Positions 53,940 through 64,000 of a stretch of DNA of 64,000 bases are shown here, piece by piece. This stretch comes from a bacterium (GTDB taxonomy: Bacteria; UBA8248; JACPRG01; G963555815), in the NCBI GenBank assembly GCA_965261595.1, contig CBDHDG010000004.1, positions 32,001 to 96,000 of the forward strand. Reading direction: 5' to 3'. Every line of letters begins with the position of its first letter. Position 1 is the first letter of the stretch. Made by a program: the position numbers and the translations under genes. The notes below the pieces were generated by a model. The model had not been told where the DNA came from and did no database searches. It was given only the letters and a program-made list of their open reading frames with translations.

Positions 53940-55612
53940 GGCAAGAAGGTTCCGCCATGCGGAGCAGGTCCAGATCGGCCTTCAGGAAACACGCCACGGC
54001 GTCCTCCGGGGTGTTGACGATGGGCTCGCCTTTCACATTGAACGAGGTGTTCAGGAGGATCGGCACGCCCGTCTTCGCGCCGAAGGCTTGCAGCAGCTCC
54101 CAGTAAAGCGGGTTGGCATCCCGCGCGACCTCTGAACGCGCCCCGTTCCGTCCGCGTGCGTGACGGCGGGGATGAGGTTTCGGGCGCCGTCGCGTACGCG
54201 GTAGACCTGGGTCATGAACGGGCAGGGGAGGGTCCCGTGGAAAAACTCGGAAAGCCTCTCCTCCTGGACCGAGGACGCGAACGGCCGAAAGGCCTCTCGG
54301 AATTTGACCTTGGCGTTGATGATGTCCTTCATCTCCGTCCGGCGTGGGTCCGCCAGGATGCTTCGCGCCCCCAGGGCGCGTTGGCCGAATTCCGTCCGTC
54401 CCTGGAACCACCCGAGCACTTCGCCGGCGGCCAGAGCGCTCGCGGCGGCCGAGATGACGTCCGTGGAGACTTCGTATTCCAGGCCGCCCGCCGCCAGAGC
54501 GGCCCGCATGCGCTCTTCTCCCCATTCGGGGCCGAGTCGGGCGTCCCGAAGCGGCGCGGCGCGGTCCATCCCCGAAAGGGCATGACTGACGTAGAGCGCC
54601 GCGCCCAGGGATACCCCGGCGTCCCCCGCGCAGGGGGGGATGAAAACACGGTCGGCGATGCCCTGGTCGATGATTTTTCCGACGGCGACTGAATTCAGGG
54701 CGACGCCCCCGGCCAGACAAAGGTTGGGGCTGCCGGATTCGCTCCGGGCGATCCGGGCGAGGTGAATCAGGACTTCCTCTGTCCGGGCCTGAAGGGAAGC
54801 GGCCAGGTCTTCGTGTCGTTTCTCGACGGGGCCGTCGGACTTCCGGGGGGGGCCGAACGTTTGAACGAACCGCTTGGAGAAGAAGTTCTCCCGGCCGACG
54901 TGGTAACCGAAGTAGGCGGGATCGACCCTGAACCCCTTGTCCGTCAGGGTGGTGATTTCCCGGAACCGGTCCAGGCGGGCCGGCTCGCCGTAGGGCGCGA
55001 GGCCCATGACTTTGTACTCGTCGCTGAAAATCTGGAATCCGAGAAACTGTGTGACGGCCGTATACACGGCGCCCAGGCTGTGCGGCCATCCCTGGGAGCA
55101 GCGGCGCTCCAAGTCTCGGCCCCGGCCTCTGCCCATCCAGACGGTCTCCCACTCGCCGACGCCGTCCACCGTGAGGACGGCCGCCTCTTCGAAGGGAGAG
55201 GGATAAAAGGCGCTGGCGGCGTGGGCGAGGTGGTGATTAATCGCGTGGAAGGGGCCCCGGTATCCTGTTCGTTTGGTAAAATGCCCCCGGGCGGTGTCGA
55301 GCTGGACGTGACGGCCCGAGGACTAGATGAATATCCGGATCGACGCGGGGAAATGGCGAAGGACGTGGAGGATCTTTTCTTTTCTGTGGGCGCGCGGGTT
55401 CCACGCGAACGCAACCGCCCCCAGTCCCTGATGTCGATGCCTCCCCGCTCCAGGCAGAAGGCGAGAGCGGACGCGGGGAACTCCCGGTCGAACTTCCGGC
55501 GGCTGAACCGCTCCTCCTCGGCCGCCGCGAGGATGTTCCCGTCGCGGACAAGGGAGACGGATGAATCATGGCGCCCGAAGCATTAAAATCCCAGGATGTC
55601 GCCCTTGCTCAC
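53940..55612 (-). pseudogene. O-carbamoyltransferase (NodU/CmcH family), multiple frameshifts
   Basis: HDSSVSL...AAEEERFSR, HHLAHAASAF, DGVGE, EYKVMGLAPYG, AGGVALN, EFGQRALGARSIL, VKFREAFRPFA, LLNTSFN spread over several frames; ends approximate. Confidence 0.88.
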
Positions 55613-55874
55613 GCCTTCTCCTTTTGTCGCGTCGGCGGGCCGTTGACTTCTCGCGGACCGCTCAATGTAGAACACACGGGCCGGACGATCAACGCCCGAT
55701 GCCTGAACCTTGGATTGATAATCTGGAAGGATGAAGATTCAGCGGGACCGGACGGTTGTGATGGATTCGCGGAGGAAAACGCTTCATGCGCCTCCCGAGC
55801 GCGGCCGGACCCGAACGAATCGCCGGCCAAAAAACCGGTCGGGGCTTGAAACCTGAAAGGAGCAATCTCGCAAG

Positions 55875-58541
55875 ATGGTCCTTTACACCTATTCCTTCGG
55901 AAAAGGAAGAACGGACGGCAGGGCCGACATGAAAAACCTCTTGGGCGGCAAAGGGGCCAACCTGGCGGAGATGTCGGGCCTGGGCCTGCCGGTTCCTCCC
56001 GGTTTCACCATCAGCACGGAGGCCTGCGTCCGTTATTTCCAGAGGGATGGGGGATATCCCGAAGGCTTGTGGGAGGAAATCATCGAGCGCCTGGCCGGCC
56101 TGGAAGGGGTGATGGAGGCGAAGCTCGGCGATCCGGAGAACCCCCTGCTTGTTTCCGTCCGGTCGGGCGCGCGGGTTTCCATGCCCGGCATGATGGACAC
56201 CGTGCTCAACCTCGGCCTCAACGACGACAGCGTGCTGGGTCTCGCCGCCCGCTCCGGGAGCGACCGATTCGCGTACGACAGCTACCGCCGGTTCCTGGGC
56301 ATGTTTGGAAACGTTGTTCTCGGCCTGAAATTCAGCGATTTCGAAGGCCGCCTCGAGGCCCTCAAGGAGCGCGAGGGCGTCCGGCTCGACACCGAGATCA
56401 GCGTGGACGGGCTTCGCTCGCTGGCGGGAGAGTTCAAGGCCCTCATCCATGAGAGGACCGGGCGGGATTTTCCCCAGGTCCCCATCGACCAGCTCAAGCT
56501 GGCGATCAACGCCGTGTTCGATTCCTGGAACTCCGAGCGCGCCGGCGCCTATCGCCGGATCAAGAGTATCCCGGATGACTTGGGGACGGCGGTGAACGTC
56601 CAGGCCATGGTTTTCGGCAACCTGGGGGAGGCGTCCGCGACGGGCGTCGCCTTCACGCGCGACCCGTCAACGGGGGAGCGGAAGTTCTACGGGGAATTCC
56701 TGGTCAAGGCCCAGGGGGAGGATGTTGTGGCGGGAATTCGCACACCCGAGCCTATTGAGCGTCTGGCCGAAATCATGCCTGAGTCTTATCGACAGCTTGA
56801 AGGAATCTATCAAACACTGGAGTCTCATTATCGGGATATGCAGGACCTGGAATTCACCATCCAGGACGGCACGCTCTACATGCTCCAAACGCGCGGGGGA
56901 AAGCGGACCGCCACGGCTGCCGTGCGCATTGCCGTCGATATGGTCGAGGAAGGGCTGATCACCAAGAATGAGGCCATCCTGCGCCTCGACGCCGACCAGA
57001 TGGAGCAGCTTCTTCACCCGCATATCGATCCGGATGCCGCGGTCCAAGTGATCGCCCGGGGTCTCGGCGGCTCGCCCGGCGCGGCCGTCGGCGAGGTGGT
57101 CTTCTCCGCCCGGCGGGCGGAGGGGCTGGCGAAGGACGGGAAGCCGGTGATCCTCGTCCGGACGGAGACCTCCCCCGAAGACTTCGGCGGAATGCACGCG
57201 GCCCAGGCCATTCTGACCGCCCGGGGGGGGCTGACATCGCATGCGGCGGTCGTCGCGCGGGGAATGGGGAAGTGTTGCGTGGTGGGGTGCGAAGAGCTCT
57301 CCGTCGATGAAGGCGGAGGCACGTTCTCGGCCGACGGCGTCGATGTCAAAGAAGGCGATATCATCACCCTCAACGGCTCGACGGGGGAGGTCATCCTGGG
57401 CGCGACCCACCTGGTCGAACCCGAGTTGGGCGAAGAGTTCGGAAAGGTCCTGGAGTGGGCCGATAAAATCCGGAAGCTGGGGGTCTGGGCCAACGCCGAC
57501 ACCCCCGACGACGCCCGGGTGGCCCGGGAAAAGGGGGCGGAGGGCATCGGCCTTTGCCGCACGGAGCACATGTTCTTCGAGGGGGATCGCATCCGGGCGG
57601 TGCGCGAGATGATCATCGCCGAGACCGACGGAGAGCGGCGGGCGGCCCTGGCGAAGATCCTCCCGATGCAGATCGCCGATTTCGAGGGGATCTTCGAGGC
57701 CATGGACGGGCTTCCCACGGTCATCCGGCTTCTGGATCCGCCCTTGCACGAGTTCCTTCCGAAAACGGATGAAGACCTGAAGGCCCTTACCGAAGATACG
57801 CGAACCACGGTGGACCACATCATAACGATCAGCAACCGGCTTCACGAATTCAATCCCATGCTCGGGCACCGGGGGTGCCGGCTGGGGCTCTCGCATCCGG
57901 AGATCTACGAGATGCAGGCCGAGGCCATCCTGACGGCTGCGTGCACCGTCGCCAAAAGGGGCGTGACGCCCGTTCCGGAGATCATGATTCCCCTCGTCGC
58001 CGAGGCCTCGGAGTTGCGCGTGTGCCGTGAGATCGTGGACAAGGCGGGCCGAAAGGTCTTCGAACGGGAAGGCGTCGAAGTCGATTACAAGGTGGGCACG
58101 ATGATCGAGCTTCCGCGCGCGTGCATCGTGGCGGACGCCGTGGCCGAGCACGCCGAATTCTTCTCGTTCGGGACCAACGACCTGACCCAGACCATTTACG
58201 GCCTGAGCCGGGACGACGCCGGCGGGTTCCTCCCGACGCATGTGGAGAGGAATTACATCACGGCGGATCCGTTCATCGCCATCGACCCGGAGGGAGTCGG
58301 CGCAATGGTTCGGATGGGCGTGGACCTCGGCCGCAAGACCCGGCCGGACCTCAAGATCGGCATTTGCGGCGAGCACGGCGGCGAGCCGTCCTCGGTGGCG
58401 TTTTTTTACGACGCGAAGCTGGACTACGTAAGCTGCTCCCCGTATCGCGTCCCCATCGCCCGGCTGGCCGCGGCCCAGGCCCAGCTGCGGAATCCCGAGG
58501 GCGGCGTGAAAGACGGAAAAGGGCGGGCGGGCTCAGGCTGA
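55875..58541 (+). CDS. ppdK: Pyruvate, phosphate dikinase
   Basis: LGGKGANLAEM, SMPGMMDT, GGLTSHAAVVAR, GLCRTEHMF, SFGTNDLTQ, GICGEHGG. Confidence 0.99.
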   Translation: MVLYTYSFGKGRTDGRADMKNLLGGKGANLAEMSGLGLPVPPGFTISTEACVRYFQRDGGYPEGLWEEIIERLAGLEGVMEAKLGDPENPLLVSVRSGARVSMPGMMDTVLNLGLNDDSVLGLAARSGSDRFAYDSYRRFLGMFGNVVLGLKFSDFEGRLEALKEREGVRLDTEISVDGLRSLAGEFKALIHERTGRDFPQVPIDQLKLAINAVFDSWNSERAGAYRRIKSIPDDLGTAVNVQAMVFGNLGEASATGVAFTRDPSTGERKFYGEFLVKAQGEDVVAGIRTPEPIERLAEIMPESYRQLEGIYQTLESHYRDMQDLEFTIQDGTLYMLQTRGGKRTATAAVRIAVDMVEEGLITKNEAILRLDADQMEQLLHPHIDPDAAVQVIARGLGGSPGAAVGEVVFSARRAEGLAKDGKPVILVRTETSPEDFGGMHAAQAILTARGGLTSHAAVVARGMGKCCVVGCEELSVDEGGGTFSADGVDVKEGDIITLNGSTGEVILGATHLVEPELGEEFGKVLEWADKIRKLGVWANADTPDDARVAREKGAEGIGLCRTEHMFFEGDRIRAVREMIIAETDGERRAALAKILPMQIADFEGIFEAMDGLPTVIRLLDPPLHEFLPKTDEDLKALTEDTRTTVDHIITISNRLHEFNPMLGHRGCRLGLSHPEIYEMQAEAILTAACTVAKRGVTPVPEIMIPLVAEASELRVCREIVDKAGRKVFEREGVEVDYKVGTMIELPRACIVADAVAEHAEFFSFGTNDLTQTIYGLSRDDAGGFLPTHVERNYITADPFIAIDPEGVGAMVRMGVDLGRKTRPDLKIGICGEHGGEPSSVAFFYDAKLDYVSCSPYRVPIARLAAAQAQLRNPEGGVKDGKGRAGSG

Positions 58542-58672
58542 GCGGGAGCGGCTCAGGTCCCGCATTCGGATATGCGGGGGGAGATGCCCCCGTCGCTGGT
58601 CATTCCTTAAATTTTGTCGCAAAGGATCGTTGCAACCGCGCTTGACGCGAGAGTTGAATTGATTCCCGGCGG

Positions 58673-58701
58673 TTGACACCCGTTACGTGACACGTTATAG
58701 T
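58673..58701 (+). promoter_or_regulatory. higBA promoter with a palindromic operator in the spacer
   Basis: TTGACA-17 bp-TATAGT; ACGTG-A-CACGT palindrome at 58685-58695. Confidence 0.7.
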
Positions 58702-58706
58702 TGCTG

Positions 58707-58985
58707 ATGATTCGAACCGTTCGGCACAAGGGATAGAAGTCGCTCTACGAGAGGGGCAGGTCGTCCGGCCTCAATCCCAACTGGATCCGGAGAATCCGGG
58801 CCATCCTGGCGCGTTTGGATGCCGGCGCGGAGCCCGGCGATTTGGACCAACCCGGTCTCCGACTCCATCCCCTGAAGGGCAAATACCGGGGTTATTGGGC
58901 CGTGGATGTATCGGGCAACTGGCGAGTCATTTTTCGTTTTAAGAAGGGTGACGTTTATGACGTTGACCTGATCGATTACCATTAG
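58707..58985 (+). pseudogene. higB: HigB (RelE/ParE family) toxin with a nonsense codon at codon 10
   Basis: MIRTVRHKG*KSLYE...LHPLKGKYRGYWAVDVSGNWRVIFRF...DLIDYH; TAG at 58734-58736. Confidence 0.9.
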
Positions 58986-58996
58986 GAGAAAGCGCA

Positions 58997-59305
58997 ATGC
59001 CGATGCATAACCCGCCTCATCCCGGCGAGGTCATTCGGGAGATTTGCCTGGAGCCCTTGGGTTTGACCGTCACGGAGACCGCCCGGGGACTTGGAGTGAG
59101 CCGTAAGACGCTCTCCGAGCTGTTGAACGGTCACTCGGGCATCTCCCCGGAGATGGCGATACGCCTTTCCAGGGCATTTGGCGGGAATCCTGAAAGCTGG
59201 TTGCGCCAGCAGATGCAATTCGACCTCTGGCAGACCCGGCGGAATGCGAAGACCTTGAAGGTGAAGCGCTTCAAGGCGGAAACGCTCACGGTTCCGCCGG
59301 AATAG
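58997..59305 (+). CDS. higA: HigA family antitoxin (HTH)
   Basis: [38 protein letters not shown]. Confidence 0.93.
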   Translation: MPMHNPPHPGEVIREICLEPLGLTVTETARGLGVSRKTLSELLNGHSGISPEMAIRLSRAFGGNPESWLRQQMQFDLWQTRRNAKTLKVKRFKAETLTVPPE

Positions 59306-59452
59306 AATCACAAGGCGAAAACCCGGGGTCGGAGAAAGGAAAAGGGTCGGGGCGGTGGTCTTCTCTCCTTGAGAAGAGACCCCTCCGGGGCTATCTATTT
59401 GTAGTGTCTCGTAAATGGTTTTACATTTTGAGACCCGAATTGCACCTTTCCG

Positions 59453-59531
59453 GCCGGGCAGGATGCCCGGCCTACCGAACGGTGGAAACCCGCTGTTTTT
59501 GACGCCATGTAGGGCGGGCATCTTGCCCGCC
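59453..59531. repeat. Inverted pair of GTAG-type REP palindromes (REPIN-like)
   Basis: GTAGGCCGGGCATCCTGCCCGGC on minus (59453-59475) and GTAGGGCGGGCATCTTGCCCGCC on plus (59509-59531). Confidence 0.7.
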
Positions 59532-59559
59532 TTCTCTGCGATTTAAGGAGAATTGGGGC

Positions 59560-60705
59560 TTGAGCCGTTGGAGCGAGGCGGACCGCGCGCACATGAGGGA
59601 AGCCCTCGATCTGGCCGCCCGTCCGGGATGGCGAACCCACCCGAACCCAATGGTCGGCGCCGTTGTCGTAAAGGACGGCCGGGTCGTCGGGCGCGGCTGG
59701 CACCGGAGGCCGGGGGGGCCCCATGCCGAAATTCTGTCCATGCGCGACGCCGGACGGCGCGCGCGCGGCGCGACGCTCTATGTCACGCTCGAGCCCTGTT
59801 GCCATCACGGCAAGACCCCGCCCTGCACCGATGCGGTTATCGGCGCGGGGGTCTCGCGCGTTGTGGCGGCCATGCGGGACCCGAATCCGAAGGTCGCGGG
59901 CCGGGGATTACGCATCCTCCGGAGAAACCGCATCCAGGTCGAAACGGGGTTGTTGGGGGGCGCGGCGCGCCGCCTGAACGAGGCATTTTGCCGGCGGGTC
60001 GAGGAGAACCGGCCTTGGGTGATCCTGAAATCAGCCATCAGCCTGGATGGGAAGATCGCGACGGCCTCCGGGGACTCGAAGTGGATCACCTCGGCGGCGT
60101 CCCGGGCCCATGTCCACCGCCTTCGGGACAGTGTGGACGCGATCCTGGCCGGGATAGGCGCGGTTCTCGCCGACGACCCGCGATTGACCGCACGGCCGGC
60201 GGGGCGCACCGGGCGCGATCCGGTCCGCGTGATCCTGGACAGCGCGCTACGCATCCCATTGAAGGCGAAGGCGTTGAATCGTTCATCGCCGGCGAGTATA
60301 ATCGTCGCGACGACGGCGCGGGCGGAGGTCCGGCGCGCTCTGGCGCTGCGGGACCGCGGCGTCGAGGTGTGGGTCCTTCCCTCACGGCGGGGCCGGGTCG
60401 GGCTCGGGTCCTTGTTGAAGAAGTTGGCCGCGTGCGAGATCACCACCCTCCTTGTCGAGGGCGGGGGGGAAGTCGCCGGGTCGTTCCTTCGGGAAGGATG
60501 GGTCGACCGCGCGGTGTTCTACGTCGCCCCGGTTCTTATCGGGGGGGAGGAGGCCCCCGGGCCGTTGCGGGGCGCGGGGGCGCGCAGGTTGAGCGGCGCC
60601 TGGAACCTCGAAGAGGCCGCGGTGACGTCTACCGGGCCGGACCTTTTGATTGAAGGATACGTTCGGTCCAGAAAGCGAACCGCTCGGAAAAGAAGCCGAG
60701 GCTGA
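59560..60705 (+). CDS. ribD: Riboflavin biosynthesis deaminase/reductase
   Basis: PNPMVGAV, HAE, TLEPCCHHGKTPPC, SLDGKIA, LVEGG. Confidence 0.96.
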   Translation: MSRWSEADRAHMREALDLAARPGWRTHPNPMVGAVVVKDGRVVGRGWHRRPGGPHAEILSMRDAGRRARGATLYVTLEPCCHHGKTPPCTDAVIGAGVSRVVAAMRDPNPKVAGRGLRILRRNRIQVETGLLGGAARRLNEAFCRRVEENRPWVILKSAISLDGKIATASGDSKWITSAASRAHVHRLRDSVDAILAGIGAVLADDPRLTARPAGRTGRDPVRVILDSALRIPLKAKALNRSSPASIIVATTARAEVRRALALRDRGVEVWVLPSRRGRVGLGSLLKKLAACEITTLLVEGGGEVAGSFLREGWVDRAVFYVAPVLIGGEEAPGPLRGAGARRLSGAWNLEEAAVTSTGPDLLIEGYVRSRKRTARKRSRG

Positions 60706-60727
60706 AACAAATCAGGGACGACGGACC

Positions 60728-61375
60728 ATGTTTACGGGCATTATCGAGCATGTGGGAACGGTGGATTCGGTTCGCGTCACACCGGACGGCGGGCGGCTTA
60801 CCATCCGCTCCCCCGAAGCGGCCGGGGAGCTCGGCGAGGGGGACAGCGTCGCCGTCAACGGGGCCTGTCTGACGAAGGTGGGCGGAGAGGAAGAGACCTT
60901 CGCTGTGGATGTCAGTCCCGAGAGTCTGAAGAAGACGAACCTGGGCGCTTTGCGCAAGGGCGACCCGGTCAATTTGGAGTTGGCCATGCGCCTGGGCGCT
61001 AGGCTTGGGGGGCACATGGTGAGCGGACATGTGGACGCCGTCGGGCGGATCGAGAACCGGCGCACAGAGGGGGATTCGGAGATCGTCGCCATCCAGGCGC
61101 CGCCCGAGGTGATGCGCTATGTTGTTTCGAAGGGGTCCGTGGCGGTGGACGGAATCAGCCTGACGATCGCCGGGCGGGAAACTGGCCGGTTTCTAGTGGC
61201 GATCATTCCGCATACCGCCCTGAAGACGACGCTTTTGTTGAAAAAGCCCGGAGATCCGGTGAATCTCGAAGCGGACCTCATTGGAAAGTACGTGGAGCGC
61301 CTCCTCACCCAGGATTCCGAAGGCGGGACAGGCGGAATGACAAAGGAATTTCTCATTGAGAACGGATATGCCTGA
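60728..61375 (+). CDS. ribE: Riboflavin synthase
   Basis: MFTGII, GDSVAVNGACLT, GGHMVSGHVD, KGSVAVDGISLT. Confidence 0.96.
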   Translation: MFTGIIEHVGTVDSVRVTPDGGRLTIRSPEAAGELGEGDSVAVNGACLTKVGGEEETFAVDVSPESLKKTNLGALRKGDPVNLELAMRLGARLGGHMVSGHVDAVGRIENRRTEGDSEIVAIQAPPEVMRYVVSKGSVAVDGISLTIAGRETGRFLVAIIPHTALKTTLLLKKPGDPVNLEADLIGKYVERLLTQDSEGGTGGMTKEFLIENGYA

Positions 61376-62591
61376 ATCAACCGACACGAATTCATTCGCC
61401 TCGATAGACGAGGCCATCCTCGATATCCAGGAAGGCCGCATGGTCATTCTGGTGGATGACGAGGACCGTGAGAACGAGGGCGACCTCACCATGGCCGCCG
61501 ACAAGATCACGCCCGAGGCGGTCAACTTCATGGCCATCCACGGCCGGGGCCTCATCTGTGTATCTCTTATGGACGAGCGGGCCGATGAGCTGGACCTGTT
61601 GCCGATGGTGTCGGTCAACACCGCCAGCCTGGGGACGGCCTTCACCGTTTCGGTGGACGCCAAGCAGAACGTCACGACGGGCATCTCGGCGGGGGACCGC
61701 GCGGAGACCATTCGCCAGATTGTGGACCCGGGGACAAAGCCTTACGACCTGGCGCGTCCGGGTCACATCTTTCCCCTTCGGGCGAAGGACGGAGGCGTCC
61801 TGGTGCGCGCGGGGCAGACGGAGGGCTCCGTGGACCTGGCCCGGTTGGCGGGACTGAGTCCTGTGGGCGTGATTTGCGAGATCATGAGTCCCGACGGGAC
61901 CATGTCCCGGGTGCCCGAGTTGAAAGAATTCGGCAAGACGCATAATTTGAAGCTTGTGACCATTAAGGATCTCGTGGAATACCGGATGCGGCGCGAGTCG
62001 CTGATAGAGCGGGTCAGCGAGACGATGATTCCCACCCGGTTTGGAACGTTCCAGGTCAAGACCTATCAGGGAACCATCGGGGGGGAAATCTATTTGGCGT
62101 TCATTCTGGGCGACCCGATGCCGGAGGACAACGTCCTCGTCCGGGTTCACTCCCAGTGCCTTACGGGCGATGTCTTCGGCTCCTTTCGCTGCGATTGCGG
62201 CTCTCAACTCGAGGCCGCCCTGGAGAAAATCCGCGAGGAAGGCAAAGGGGTTCTGCTTTACGTCACCCAGGAGGGCCGGGGGATCGGCATTGTCAACAAA
62301 CTCAAGGCGTACGCCCTTCAGGACGAGGGGCTGGACACGGTTCAGGCCAACGAGGCTCTCGGCTTCAAGGCCGACCTGCGGGATTATGGACTGGGGGCGC
62401 AAGTCCTGGCGGACCTCGGCATAAAAGAGATGCGGCTCATGACCAATAACCCGAGGAAGATCGTGGGCTTGGAAGGCTACGGCCTGACCGTCACGGACCG
62501 TGTGTCCATCGAGATCCGCCCCCGAAAGGAAAACCAGCGCTATCTCGAAACGAAGCGGGATAAGCTGGGGCATTTGTTGAGTCACAGTTGA
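61368..62591 (+). CDS. ribBA: Bifunctional DHBP synthase / GTP cyclohydrolase II
   Basis: DDEDRENEGD, RPGHIFPL, RVHSQCLTGD...RCDCG, QEGRGIG, TNNPRK. Confidence 0.97.
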   Translation: MPESTDTNSFASIDEAILDIQEGRMVILVDDEDRENEGDLTMAADKITPEAVNFMAIHGRGLICVSLMDERADELDLLPMVSVNTASLGTAFTVSVDAKQNVTTGISAGDRAETIRQIVDPGTKPYDLARPGHIFPLRAKDGGVLVRAGQTEGSVDLARLAGLSPVGVICEIMSPDGTMSRVPELKEFGKTHNLKLVTIKDLVEYRMRRESLIERVSETMIPTRFGTFQVKTYQGTIGGEIYLAFILGDPMPEDNVLVRVHSQCLTGDVFGSFRCDCGSQLEAALEKIREEGKGVLLYVTQEGRGIGIVNKLKAYALQDEGLDTVQANEALGFKADLRDYGLGAQVLADLGIKEMRLMTNNPRKIVGLEGYGLTVTDRVSIEIRPRKENQRYLETKRDKLGHLLSHS

Positions 62592-62655
62592 TCGGGAGCC
62601 GTCCGGCCCCGGCCGGGAGAGGCCCGGCAAGAGGCCGGTCCTGAGGGAGGTGTAG

Positions 62656-63138
62656 ATGCCGAAGGTGGTGGAAGGAAATCTCAGCGCGGCCGGGTTGAAA
62701 TTCGGGATAGTTGTCAGCCGGTTCAATCACTTTGTGACCGATCGGCTGCTGGAGGGCGGGATGGACGGCCTCAGCCGCTGCGGCGCCCGGGAGGCGGACA
62801 TCGAGGTGTTCAAGGTCCCCGGGACGTTCGAGATCCCCCTGGCCGCCCGCAAGCTGGCCCAGTCGGGGCGGTATGACGCCCTTGTGTGTCTCGGGGCCGT
62901 GATTCGCGGCGCGACTCCTCACTTCGAGTACGTCGCCTCGGAAGTCTCGAAGGGAATCGCCGCCGCCTCCCAGGAGTTCGGCCTGCCGATCACCTTCGGG
63001 GTTCTGACGACCGACACCGTCGAGCAGGCCGTCGAGCGCGCGGGGACCAAGCACGGAAACAAAGGCTTCGATGCCGCCTTGAGCGCGATAGAGATGGTGA
63101 ACTTGTTGAAAGAGGTCCCGAAGCCGCGACGCAAGTAA
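62656..63138 (+). CDS. ribH: 6,7-dimethyl-8-ribityllumazine synthase
   Basis: [31 protein letters not shown]. Confidence 0.97.
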   Translation: MPKVVEGNLSAAGLKFGIVVSRFNHFVTDRLLEGGMDGLSRCGAREADIEVFKVPGTFEIPLAARKLAQSGRYDALVCLGAVIRGATPHFEYVASEVSKGIAAASQEFGLPITFGVLTTDTVEQAVERAGTKHGNKGFDAALSAIEMVNLLKEVPKPRRK

Positions 63139-63165
63139 GGCGGGGCCTCCCGACCGGATGAGAGC

Positions 63166-64000
<835 letters not shown>

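Noticed and set aside
48392..58736. Amber recoding suggested by in-frame TAGs upstream of the MFP gene and in higB
   Set aside because: TAG terminates intact genes in this window (eno, miaB, higA) and no recoding machinery is present.
59306..59560. FMN riboswitch upstream of ribD
   Set aside because: No RFN consensus segments recognised; the space holds REP-like palindromes.

Overview
GC-rich bacterial chromosome window in two parts. (1) About 1-19165 is a decaying mobile island. It begins with a conjugative-element 'leading region' gene set on the minus strand (RHH protein, DUF2493/SLOG, DUF4326, Toprim primase, Ssb, a tandem CxxC zinc-finger protein). An IS pile-up follows, bracketed by two inverted IS1380-family copies: two near-identical IS3 copies (one carrying a nested passenger-bearing IS1595) and an IS256. 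Removing the IS256 and IS3 copy 2 at their target-site duplications restores in frame a low-GC Zn-ribbon/winged-helix/NDT(TIR)-like gene, convergent on an intact low-GC DUF6236-like gene, so this is a candidate defence cargo. (2) 19351-64000 is mostly housekeeping (secA, ROK kinase, dedA, mgtC, eno, lon, hsp20, miaB, hemB, thiolase, RND pump, meaB, ppdK, ribD-ribE-ribBA-ribH-nusB, leuS start). Within it, 22991-27204 is a cassette-like array in which every intergenic space carries the same repeat families and encloses one cargo unit (reductase, hydrolase, two MNT-HEPN modules). All three toxin-antitoxin pairs in the window have a broken toxin and an intact antitoxin. Several frameshifts (lon, ROK) may be long-read errors. 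All family calls come from motif recognition by eye, not database searches.
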